Source: Macrostomum lignano
Lineage: Eukaryota
Reading direction: 5' to 3'
DNA length: 64,000 bases
Assembly: GCA_002269645.1 (NCBI GenBank)
Contig: NIVC01001733.1
Location: 1-64,000 of the forward strand
Shown here: piece after piece, positions 45,130 to 55,606 of the stretch
How positions within the stretch are numbered: position 1 is the stretch's first letter
Layout: every line of letters begins with the position of its first letter
Position numbers and translations under genes: made by a program
Notes under the pieces: model-generated
Seen by the model: only the letters and a program-made list of their open reading frames with translations
Databases searched by the model: none
What the model was told of the DNA's origin: nothing

Positions 45130-46880
45130 GGTTCGTCCGTTTCTCAGTCAGAGGCAACAGTCGCGCCGTTCATCTGCAGATGTTGCGGTTTTGTTGATGC
45201 CAGCAAGCTAATTCGACTCGCTTTCTTACTTGGAACGGGTTCCAAGACCCCGTGCAGCAAAAGTATTTAACTATAGCTCGGACTTACGACTGGCGTGGTG
45301 AACTAGCAAGCGCTTGATCTCCCGGGCCCGCGGCAGACGAGACCAAATTCTGATCCGACCAGCAGTAGGGCGGAGGCAGCAACCGGACTCCTGGCCGCTC
45401 TGAAATTCTTTTGCGACTGAAAACCGAGGGATGGGAAGCCTGGAAGCGGAAAGGCTTTGGTCGAATTGGACAGAGTTTCCAGGGGGCTGTGTATGAGAGC
45501 AGGCCGGGAGTGCACACCGCTGCGACTGCAAAAGGGTTGGCGTTCTCTCTTCCCCACCCTTCCCTCCCTTCGCCTCCCTCTCTGGGTGGTCTTTCCTGTT
45601 TCCCTACGCTGCAGATCTGTAGCATGGGAGAGAGAAGAGAGGAATGAACGCGCCATTGGGGAAGGACTGCGAGGCAGAGAGGGGAACAGGGAACGGAGAG
45701 GTTGGCTACAAGTTCAGCCAAGGTCTTCACCCCGCTGCGACCCAACCTAAATCCCAACAACACGCACTGGGCGCCTCTAATAGCCCAGGGCACCGCGTTC
45801 TCTTTGCCGGACTCAAGCCGGGCAAGACGCGGCTGGCACAGTACTGAGACTGAGACGGGGGGGGGGGCGCACAGAGGCAAGCACGGGGGACGGGCTTAGC
45901 GATCGAAGCGATCCATGCCGCCCACCCCCAATGTCTGGCAAGGCTCAGGCAGTTCTCACCGCATCTTCTAACGAACTCACATCTCATTACAGCGTCATCA
46001 CGTTCACGCTAGAAGGGAAAGATTGAGGAAGCAGACGGATGCTGTGTAGCCCCCCCTCCGTATTACGGAAAGCGGGTAACCCCTAATATTTGTGTAATTA
46101 AATTAGTAAGCCTTATTTGGTCGCTACTCGCGCGCTTCACTTCCTTCTAGTTTTTATGGAACGAAAAAATCTCGCTCCAGGCCCTACATGTAGGCCCCGA
46201 GTTTAGCTACGGCTTTTCAAGACCTAACAAGCCGCCTCCGCGCTAAACCAAATTGAGCTCTAAGAGCTCCGAACGAAACTTGAGACGTCAAACTCAATCA
46301 GGACCATTCGAAATTGCTGCTGAGTTCGAGGAGATTTCTCTGCCCGGGAAGATGCTTGTCTGGGACAGACATCTCGACTTCAATCCATGTGCTCAACGGA
46401 GTTCCTTCTTTTTCCCCGCTTCCATGGGCGATGAGCGTCGGCATGGATTTTATGGTGAGGGGATTAGACCTAAGAGCTAATGCTGGATTAGATGTAGTTA
46501 CATGCAACGAATGTTTTCAGTAGAATTATAAGAACCGTCTCGGCGCCGAAAATTATATAACAGAATAAGATTGACGGTATTGTTCAGCAAACAAATCCAC
46601 AGCTCAGTTAGCCTGGTCGGGGGCAGACAGTTAAACCCCCAGCCAATCAAAACGCGTGAATTCCAAGCCGCATAGATAAGAGACAGCACTGCAAGTTCTA
46701 CACAAGCAAGCAAATTTTATTTAAAATATTTTTCGCCGTATATTTAAATGAAGCTTATGAAAATGGCACAGCTACAGAAATAATGACCTGAGCGAATTTA
46801 GCAATTAGATACCGCGATTTCCCTCAAAACAAGTCTGAGTTTTATTTGAGTTCAATATACGCTCGCAAAATATCAGTTGC

Positions 46881-47543
46881 TCATTCGCTTTTAAGTCGCA
46901 TTAGCGGAGCTCTCTCGATGCCGTCGTTGGCAGAGGCTGCCGCGGCCGACCCGCACGGGCAGCTGAGGGTTTTTCGCACCCGCTTCATCCTATTTAGCTG
47001 CGGATGCTGGAGCGGAGTCTCGCGATGAAGCGACTGAATGATGGGCTGCAGCTCGGCGCTCAAAGCCTGCACAGCTTGCTCCAGTTTCTGAGCAGCCTGT
47101 TGAGATCGCTGGTGCGGCTGCACTGCGACTGTCTGGGCGGCTGCAGCTTGAGCAACGTTCCCGCGGGCTGGAGCTGCTGCAACGGATGCGGCCAGGCTGG
47201 CTACATCCTGTGGAACCTCTTCTTGACCGCTGCATGAGCAGCAGCAGCAGCAGCAGTCGATGTGGCTTTCCAGCGCAATGACCAATATAACCATCACGAT
47301 GGCTGACAGAATGCCAATCTCCACCAGGGCTAGCGGCTGCTGGTCATACGATGAGGCAGCTGACGTTGGAGTAGCTGATGCAGCTGAACTGGGCTGCTGA
47401 GAGGTGTGGCTTGAAACAGGATCTGGCTCAGTACTGCTGGGTGCTGCTGCCGGAACTGCGGGCATTGAATTCGCTGCGATGTTGAGGCAAAGTATAACGG
47501 CAACTGAGATAAAGGCTTTCAAGCATCCTGTTGAGGGTTTCAT
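46881..47543 (-). CDS. Small single-pass membrane protein, about 220 aa, with a juxtamembrane poly-Cys cluster
   Basis: In ORF 46881-47603 the likely start is MKPSTG (47543); signal-like AFISVAVILCLNIAANS; S/T/P/A-rich stalk; TM LALVEIGILSAIVMVILVIAL; DCCCCCCSCS. Confidence 0.65.
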   Translation of the reverse strand: MKPSTGCLKAFISVAVILCLNIAANSMPAVPAAAPSSTEPDPVSSHTSQQPSSAASATPTSAASSYDQQPLALVEIGILSAIVMVILVIALESHIDCCCCCCSCSGQEEVPQDVASLAASVAAAPARGNVAQAAAAQTVAVQPHQRSQQAAQKLEQAVQALSAELQPIIQSLHRETPLQHPQLNRMKRVRKTLSCPCGSAAAASANDGIERAPLMRLKSE

Positions 47544-48894
47544 TTCAGTACGGTTGCAGCAGCCCAACCCTCTCAATCTGATCGAGTTGTGTATGCGTCT
47601 CAATACTGAGGTTTATGGATTGCTTGTAAGTGTCAGTGACGACCTCGCTCTCGCCGTAATTATATAGAGGTGGCTGTGCGGCACGGTTCCCTAATTGCAG
47701 CTCTATAAATGCGTCATCTGGAATCCGTTACGCAAAACTTGCGAGCATCTGGAACTGTACAAAGCTTTGAAATGCGTGTGTTTTTAGCAGACTTATTTAT
47801 AGAGCACCTGTTTATATTAGGATGAATAGAGTAATTAAAAAACACAGAACTCGATATTTTGCGCATGTTTTTGGCCCGATGAACAAATTTCGGCTTGCGT
47901 GTTCTGTAGCTCGCTTCGAAATAAAGTATGTAAAGCGGTTGTTTTTTTACCGAGGGAGTGGTCAGATATTCAATTTAGACTACTTCAGAAAAGTAGAACA
48001 CTAAAGATTTGAATTGTAAAATCTCTCACATAGTCCAAAAAGTGGCGTGTGGCTATGGCTAACTAAATAGCTTTTAATCCAGAAACCAGTCTCGGTCAAC
48101 CTGCACGAGGTTCGACTCCCACTTTTAGTGTGTCACGGCTGGGGTCACAGGGGGTCACAGGGGGTCACGAGCCAGTGCCACAACATGAAACCCATCCGCT
48201 CTGGATTTTATTTCGCATATACACACGCTCGCACAGGATGTTATTTGTTTTTTCCGACGAAATCAAGAGTTCCAAAGAGACTCCTTTGGGAGAGGAGGAC
48301 TTTCATAGCGTTGGAAGCAGCAACACTCTGCATAAAAAATATCAATACAGGCATGTACATGTATTCTGCAAATGTACTGTCTCTTCACTTTACTGTGTCT
48401 TTTTCAGCCGTGTCGGAACATATTTCAAAGTGGGGGGGGGGGCTATTAATGGGAGGGCACATTTTGCACATGATTTTTTTTAAATCTAAGGGCACCCAAA
48501 CTCCTGCTGTTATGTCAGTTTGTGACATTAGTTGTGACAACCAGGCCAATATTCAATTCTGTGTTGAAAGTGGCCAAAAGTCTGAAAAATGTTCGAATTC
48601 TCAAACGAATTCAAACATTGCGCAACTGCACTGCACTATCAATTTATTTAGTAAATATCTCAAATGAATAAAAATTGCCAGGGCAAGACCAGTAGTTTTC
48701 TGGATCTCCTGCCTGCCTCCTGCCTGGCTGCCTGCCTCTTGGCGATGTCTCTTTATTCTTTTATCTGACGGCATTTTAGTGATTTTAGCTGCAGTACCCT
48801 GAGGGCCAAATGTGGCCCGCAAAGCCTCTCTATCCAGCCCTTGGGTCCTTTGAATCTTCACAATGGCAATCCGGCCCGCTCGACGTTTGTGTCT

Positions 48895-49385
48895 TCTCAG
48901 CTCTCTTCTCTCACCTCTAACTTCTCATATTCTCCTCTCCTCTCCTCTCCTCTCCTCTCCTCTCCTCTCCTCTCCTCTCCTCTCCTCTCCTCTCCTCTCC
49001 TCTCCTCTCCTCTCCTCTCCTCTCCTCTCCTCTCCTCTCCTCTCCTCTCCTCACCTCTCCTCTCCTCGCCTCTCTCCTCTCTTCTCCCCTCTCCTCTCAT
49101 CTCCTCACCTCTCTCCTTTCCTATTCTCTCCTCTCCTATCTTCTCCTCACCTCTCTACTCTCCTCTCCTCTCCTCTCCTCACCTCTCTCCTTTCCTACTC
49201 TTTCCTCTCCTCTCCTCTCCTCACCTCTCTCCTTTCCTCTCGTCTCCTCAACTCTCCTCATTCTCTCCTCTCCTCTCATTTTCTCACCTCTCTCCTCTCC
49301 TCTCCTCACCTCTCTTCTCTCCTCTCCTCACCTCTCTCCTCTCCTCTCCTCACCTCTCTCCTCTCCTCTCCTCACCTCTCTCCCT
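48895..49385. repeat. (CTCCT)n pentanucleotide microsatellite / polypyrimidine tract
   Basis: Pure CTCCT run about 48930-49050, degenerate on the right. Confidence 0.97.
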
Positions 49386-49725
49386 ATAGCACAGCCAATT
49401 ACATAAAGCGGACAAGACTACATGGCAACGGGAGCAAAACTGGGAGCAGCGACTACATGGAGCGGACAAAATTACATGGTGATAAAAATAAAAAATTTAA
49501 TATTAAATCAAAAGATCTCGGCTAGAAAAAAATTATAAAGTATTTTTTTAAGAAAAATTATCTAAAATTATTCTAATAAATGAACTTTTTAGATTAATTT
49601 TTATAGAACAGGCCTACTAGCTTTATTAGTAGTAAAGACGTACAGAATCGGACAGAATTACCTTCTTGACTTTGCTCCCAACTAGGACAGAATTACCTTG
49701 ACTTTGCTCCCAACTACACAAATTT

Positions 49726-49850
49726 GTGACCCGCACTAATCCAAGTGGCCTTCAGTGACCCGCAATAATCCAAGTGGCCTTCAGTGACCCGCACTAATCC
49801 AAGTGGCCTTCAGTGACCCGCACTAATCTAAGTGAATCTCAGTGACCCGC
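49726..49850. repeat. 29-bp minisatellite, about 4 copies
   Basis: Unit CAGTGACCCGCACTAATCCAAGTGGCCTT. Confidence 0.9.
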
Positions 49851-50499
49851 CATTCCTTCCCCGATACAGAGTCACTCAAACACACAGAGCTCTTGGAACC
49901 GCTATAATCTTCATCTAACTGACTCACCGGCCTCTGTATATCTTAGCAGCCTAGGCTGTCCTACACTTAGAACAAAGAGCCAGGCCCAACTTAGCATTTC
50001 CACTCAAACACAGAGCTCTTGGAACCGCTATAATCTTCATCTTACTGACTCACTCTTTCTGTACCTGCCTCTGTATGTCTGAGCAACAGTTTATATTGTG
50101 TATTTAAAATATAAAGAGCGCATAATGGAAAAGATGCCAGTACGATGGCTGGCACTTGAGCAGGTTGGCTGAACTAGTTTAGAAGGATGCAAATAAAATA
50201 CATTAGAAGGCGAAGGCGCAAGGCCGTAGATCAAATCAAACACAGTTTGATATTTAGATCAAACACAGGACATGCAGTTCGAGGATCGCAAAGATAAAGA
50301 GTAGGGTTTGAGCTGGACGATGAAGAGGTAAAAGTTGCTTGAACCAAGTGTGGCTGTAGTTGAGGAGAAATCGATTAAAAGTGAATATAGTTTTGAGGGA
50401 CTGCTCACCGGCCTCTGTATATCTTAGCAGCCTAGGCTGTGCTATATTTAGAACAAAGAGCCAGGCCTAGCTCTGCAAAATCACTCAAACACACAACGG

Positions 50500-51003
50500 T
50501 CTTGGTCTTGGATCAATCCAACAGAAGTACGATCGTTCCTCGGCCTGGTCACTTTTGTGGCACGCTTCATCAGCAACCTATCGGACAGAGCGAGGCCGTT
50601 GCGAGATCTGACGAGGCAAGCCGCTGAGTGGATTTGGGGCGAACAGCAAGAAGCCGCGTTTAACGACATTAAACTAACCATCGCTTAGCAGCCAGGCACT
50701 GGCATTCTTCGACAGCAAACTGCAGACCCAGCTGATTGTGGATGCCAGCCAACTGGGGTCGGCGCCATCCTAGCTCAAGTCCTGCGTGACGGGTCGACGC
50801 GGCCAGTGGCCTACGCCAGTTGCAGCCTGAGCGCCACGGAGCAGCGTTATTCCCAGACCGAACCAGCCGGGAGCTAATTACCCATCTTGATGTACTGAGC
50901 CGCCAGCCTCTGCCGATGCCACCAAAAAACGTCGGGGATCATGCGGACGCCGTCTACATGGCTTCGGCGGTGGAAGCGGCAACCCCAGTGTCCATTAACT
51001 TAG
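50500..51003 (+). pseudogene. Degraded older Ty3/Gypsy pol (RT connection / RNase H), left part, interrupted by the younger element
   Basis: Translates NPTEVRSFLGLVTFVARFISNLSDRARPLRDLTR...AAFNDIK...LIVDAS...RPVAYAS...RYSQTE with stops, frameshifts and a deletion. Confidence 0.85.
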
Positions 51004-51176
51004 TGTAGTGTGCGTACGCACATTATGGTACGCCCGGGCAGTCTGATTGGCTGCGGAGTGGGGTGGGTGCCGCCACCCCAATTCTAACTCCATAATATAT
51101 AGACGCGTGCCCAGCGCGGCGAGATTTGTAAGAGTTTGGCTACACAGCAAACACGGCCTCTGACTCAGTTACTACA
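51004..51176 (+). repeat. 5' LTR (173 bp)
   Basis: TG...CA termini; CCAAT (CTGATTGG) and TATA-like (TAATATATA) motifs. Confidence 0.97.
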
Positions 51177-51208
51177 ATGGCGTCGCAAGAACTGAACCTT
51201 TAAAAATC

Positions 51209-53401
51209 ATGACTCAGCAAATTTCACTCGCGCCACCCGGGCCGTTTACAATCGATAGCGACTGCCACTCCACAGCACAGCGCTGGACTGCATGGACTCG
51301 TCGTTTCGCCACGTACATCAACGCAGCTGGAATCACCGACAAGACTCGAGGGCAGCAGCTGCTGCTGTACGCCGCAGGAGAGGAGCTGCAGGCTGTAGTC
51401 GAAGAGAACGAGATCGCCTCTGGAGAGGACTACAGCAGCCTCGCGAAAAACATCCAGACGTTCTGGGACGGGAAGAATAACATTGTGTTCCTGCGTTTCA
51501 AGTTTGAGACCTGCAGACAGCAGCCTGGCGAGCCGATCGACCAGTGGTATCAGCGTCTGCGCAAGGCGGCGGAGCCGTGTGAGTTCGGGACCCTCAGAGA
51601 CTCGCTGATCCGTGACAAAATCGTCGCCTACTGCGAATCTGAGAGACTCAGGAGAGACTTCTTGCAGACCAACAATATCTCCCTGGCAGATGTGCTCGAA
51701 AAGGCGAGGGCGAAAGAAGCCGCGGAGCAGCAGGCCACCGCGATGGAGAGCGACAGACCAGGGGAACCGCAGCAGCTCGCAGCAGTCAGAAGAGACCAGA
51801 AGCCACAGATGCCGCAGACACCAACGCAGCACGTATCGTGCGATCGCTGCGGCAGGCCAGGGCACCCCACGTGCACCGCAGCGCAGGGCAAGAGCTGCAG
51901 AAAGTGCGGGAAGCCGGGCCACTTCGCGCGAGCCTGCAGGTCCAAGCAGGGCGCCCCGCAGAGCGGCGCCGACGCCGTCGCAACGCTGCAAGGCGAGACC
52001 AGCTACCAGAAGGTGGACCACCCGGACTCCGGCGTGTTCGAGGTCGATCAGGGTGAGCAGTCGGCCCACACAATAGCCGAGATCAACGGCTCCAGACTGT
52101 CGGTGTTGATCGACAGCGGTGCGGCTCGAAATGTGATCAACCGGGCCACGTTCGAGGGTCTGAGACAGCGGCCGCACCTGCAGACCACCTCGGACAGGCT
52201 GTTCGCGTACGGGTCGGACAGGCCGATGCAGCTGCTGGGCAAGGCGGCGATGGACGTCCGCATTTTCGGCCGGCAGGCAGTCGCCACGTTCCACGTCGTC
52301 GAAGGGAGAGGCATCACCATCATCGGCAGGCAGACGGCCACTCAGATGGATATCCTGCGGGTCGGGCCACCACCGACAGCCGGACAGCAGGTGCTGCAGG
52401 TCGCTGAAGCGGAGGCGGCGGTCGATGGCCTTCTCAGCGGCACGAGATCCAGCGGAGTGCCTCAAGGACACGTCGATGACATCGGCAGGGTACTGCGCAA
52501 GCACGCCAGCGTGTTCAGCGGAATCGGCTGCTTCACCGGGCCGCCTGCCGACATCCACCTCACCGACAGCGCCCGCCCGGTCTGCCATGCGCCTTCGAAG
52601 GTGCCGATCCACCTGGCAGACGCGGTGGACAAGGAACTGCAGTTGTTAGAGCAGCTCGGGATCATTGAGCCCGTCGACGGCCCGGCGCCGTGGGTCGCGC
52701 AGATGGTCGTCGTGCCCAAGAAGGAGCCGGGCGAGGTGCGCATCACGCAGGACCTCCGCGATGTCAACCGCTTTGTCATCCGCGAGCGACACCAGATTCC
52801 GACTTTCGAGGAGGTGACCGGGGACATGGCTGGCAGCACTGTGTTCTCAGAGCTGGACATCGCGAAGGCGTTCTACCAGGTGCCTGTCGCCGAGAAATGC
52901 CGCAACCTGCTAACATTCTCGACGCCTCGCGGGCTTCGCCGTCTCACCCGGCTGTGCATGGGCCTGTCCACCTCCCAGGAGATCCTGCAGAATGTGATGA
53001 GTCGAGTGCTGGCAGGCCTGCCCAACATCAAATGGATCCACGACGGCGTGGTCGTGTTCGGCCGCACGATGGCGGAGCACAACAGCAGCCTCGAGGCATG
53101 TCTGGCCCGCCTGGCGCAGCATGGCATCACGCTGAACGCTCGGAAATGCCGACTAGCGCGCAGCAGCATCGAGTTCATGGGAATGCGGCTCACGGCGGAA
53201 GGGGTCCAGGCCACGGAGAGCAAGGTCGCCGCCGTTCAAGACTTCAAGGAGCCCGAGTCGATTGGGCAGCTTCGCTCATTCCTGGGCCTCGTGAACTACC
53301 TCGCCGTGTTCACGCCACAGCTGGCCAAGGTGGCGGAGCCGCTGCGGCGCCTGACCAGGAAGACCGTCGACTGGCAGCGCCGACCAGGCCAGCGCCTTTG
53401 A
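51209..53401 (+). CDS. gag-pol part 1: Gag with CCHC knuckles, aspartic protease, reverse transcriptase
   Basis: CDRCGRPGHPTC and CRKCGKPGHFARAC; LIDSGA; RT ELDIAKAFYQVP...RLCMGL...WIHDGVV; ends at a frameshift near 53390. Confidence 0.92.
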   Translation: MTQQISLAPPGPFTIDSDCHSTAQRWTAWTRRFATYINAAGITDKTRGQQLLLYAAGEELQAVVEENEIASGEDYSSLAKNIQTFWDGKNNIVFLRFKFETCRQQPGEPIDQWYQRLRKAAEPCEFGTLRDSLIRDKIVAYCESERLRRDFLQTNNISLADVLEKARAKEAAEQQATAMESDRPGEPQQLAAVRRDQKPQMPQTPTQHVSCDRCGRPGHPTCTAAQGKSCRKCGKPGHFARACRSKQGAPQSGADAVATLQGETSYQKVDHPDSGVFEVDQGEQSAHTIAEINGSRLSVLIDSGAARNVINRATFEGLRQRPHLQTTSDRLFAYGSDRPMQLLGKAAMDVRIFGRQAVATFHVVEGRGITIIGRQTATQMDILRVGPPPTAGQQVLQVAEAEAAVDGLLSGTRSSGVPQGHVDDIGRVLRKHASVFSGIGCFTGPPADIHLTDSARPVCHAPSKVPIHLADAVDKELQLLEQLGIIEPVDGPAPWVAQMVVVPKKEPGEVRITQDLRDVNRFVIRERHQIPTFEEVTGDMAGSTVFSELDIAKAFYQVPVAEKCRNLLTFSTPRGLRRLTRLCMGLSTSQEILQNVMSRVLAGLPNIKWIHDGVVVFGRTMAEHNSSLEACLARLAQHGITLNARKCRLARSSIEFMGMRLTAEGVQATESKVAAVQDFKEPESIGQLRSFLGLVNYLAVFTPQLAKVAEPLRRLTRKTVDWQRRPGQRL

Positions 53402-55208
53402 GCAGCTGAAGCGCAGCATCGCGGAGCCGACAACGCTGGCTTTTTACGACAAGCGGCTACACACGCAGCTGATTGTGGACGCGGGGCCGACCGGACTGGG
53501 CGCCATCCTGGCGCAGGTGCAGCGCGACGGCAGCTCAAGGCCGGTTGCATACGCCAGCCGGACCCTCTCCGATGTCGAGCGGCGATATTCGCAGACCGAG
53601 AAAGAGGCACTCGCCGTGAAGTTCGGCTGCCTGAAGTTTGAGTACTACCTGCATGGATCGCCCCAGTTCACAGTGGTCTCTGATCACAAGCCGCTGACGG
53701 CCATTTTCGCGCCTGGGTCGCGGCCGCCTCCACGAGTCGAGCGAATGGCGCTGAGGATCCAGCACCTAGTGTTCAAGGTCGAGTATCAGCCGGGAGCCTC
53801 CAATGCTGCAGATGTACTCAGCAGGCAGCCCCTAAACGAGCACGACGGAAGTTTTGGCGAGCAGCGGAGGGAGGCCTACATCAACGAGGTGGCGCAGGCG
53901 GCTGTGCCGATGGCGCTGACACTCCAAGACATCCGCAAGAGCTCTGCCAGCGACCCAGTCATCCGGGCGGCGATAGCGGCGACGCAAGGCGGTCGGTGGG
54001 ATCGCTCCAACCCCGAGATGCGCTCGCTCCACGCGCTGCGAGAGGAGCTGTCTGCGGTTGACGGGGTCCTCCTTCGACACCACCGAATCGTCGTGCCAGC
54101 TGATCTGCGGCAGCAGATGCTCGAATTAGCGCATCAAGGGCACCAGTGCTCGCAGAAGACGATCGCCAGACTCTGCACGAAGGTCTGGTGGCCGAGGATG
54201 GCAACTCAAGTGGAGGAATTCGTCAGTCGATGCCGCAGCTGCGCCGTCACGTCGCACACGCCAGCCGTCCGGGCCACGCCTCTGCAGCCGACGCCGATCC
54301 CCGCGGGCGCCTGGCTGTCGATCGGCGCCGATTTCGTGGGACCCATCAACAACAACATGCTGCTGGTGTGCGTGGACCGCTACTCAAGGTTTCCGGAGGT
54401 GCAGCTCATGCAGACGACGACGGCCGAGGCATTGATTCCCCGCCTGCGAGAGATGTTCGCCCGCTTCGGGATCCCACAGGAGCTCGTGACAGATAATGGA
54501 CCACCCTTCTCGTCCAAGGAGTTCGGCCGGTTCCTGGCGAGCTACGGGATCAAGCACCGCCTCATCACGCCCTACTACCCAGCGTCCAACGGCATGACAG
54601 AGCGACTGAACCGCTCCATCAACAAAGTCGTGCGAGCAGCCATCCAGGAGCGGCGGGACTGGAGGACCGCTCTGGACGAGTGGCTGCTGGCCTACAGGAA
54701 CACGCCGCACACGGCCACCGGGCGCGCACCAGCCGAGCTGCTGATGGGCCGGCGGCCAAACGACATCATCCCCGCCGCCCGGCCGTCCCAGCGAGTCCAC
54801 ATCAACGAGCAGCGGCTGAGAGAAGCCGACGCTGGCGCCAAGGCGGCGATGAAGCAGCACGCGGACGCAAAAAGGCGACCACGGCGGCACGACATCCAGG
54901 TCGGCGAATCGGTGCTACGACGGCGGGTCGGTGCCAGCAAGACGCAGACGCCATTCGAGAGCGGTGCCTGGACAGTCCAGCGGGTGGCCGGCAACTCGCT
55001 GCTGCTACGCCGGGACGGCACGACCTGCTGGCGGCACTGCACGGCGGTCAAAGTCATCAGCCCCGACTTGGCCGACGCCGGCGCCCAGACGCAAACCGCT
55101 GCACCGAGAGCTTCGGGCGAGGTGGCCCGAGATCCACCCGCCTCCCCCGTGGCGCTGCGCCCGCACCCCCGCGCTGCTCGGGCGGGCGTGAAAATCTACA
55201 AGGACTGA
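53390..55208 (+). CDS. pol part 2: RNase H and integrase
   Basis: AFEQLK...LIVDAGPTGLGAIL...RYSQTEKEALAV; HHCC AHQGH...CRSC; DDE motifs IGADF, VTDNG, MTERL. Confidence 0.92.
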
Positions 55209-55433
55209 ATTTGAAATCCTGCAATGACTGAAATCAACTGACTTTCTTTTCCGTAATATGCGAACTGAAGTTTTTTTACGTTTTTGCTGCATTCAATTCA
55301 AATATTTTATTTCCTCAATATTTTAATCTCCATTTTCAATGCGCATCATCGGTGAATCTTTCGAACTTTGTATTTTCGAGTTACGTTTAGATCGATTTTC
55401 TTCTCTCTCAGTCTCTATTCGAAAGGGGAGAGA

Positions 55434-55606
55434 TGTAGTGTGCGTACGCACATTATGGTACGCCCGGGCAGTCTGATTGGCTACGGAGTGGGGTGGGTGC
55501 CGCCACCCCAATTCTAACTCCATAATATATAGACGCGTGCCCAGCGCGGCGAGATTTGTAAGAGTTTGGCTACACAGCAAACACGGCCTCTGACTCAGTT
55601 ACTACA
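55434..55606 (+). repeat. 3' LTR (173 bp)
   Basis: Identical to the 5' LTR except one G/A difference (GGCTGCGG vs GGCTACGG). Confidence 0.97.

Larger units (their letters stand above)
51004..55606 (+). mobile_element. Full-length Mag-like Ty3/Gypsy LTR retrotransposon (4.6 kb)
   Basis: 173-bp LTRs (TGTAGT...ACTACA) with one mismatch; 5-bp TSD CTTAG at 50999-51003 and 55607-55611; PBS TGGCGTCGC at 51178; PPT GAAAGGGGAGAGA at 55421-55433; gag-pol order PR-RT-RH-IN. Confidence 0.97.

Noticed and set aside
46040-46090. TCCGTATTACGGA palindrome next to GCGGGTAACCCTAAT, reminiscent of a Helentron-associated terminus
   Set aside because: The partner end could not be located in the window; too little support.
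48040-48125. GGTTCGACTCCC B-box suggesting a tRNA
   Set aside because: No convincing cloverleaf or acceptor stem; at most a decayed SINE head.
48841-49525. ORFs (SSPLL)n and (RGEER)n, also at 63437-63646
   Set aside because: Translations of (CTCCT)n microsatellites.
51224-52612. 462-aa antisense ORF within the retrotransposon
   Set aside because: Expected shadow ORF of GC-rich coding DNA; no motif.
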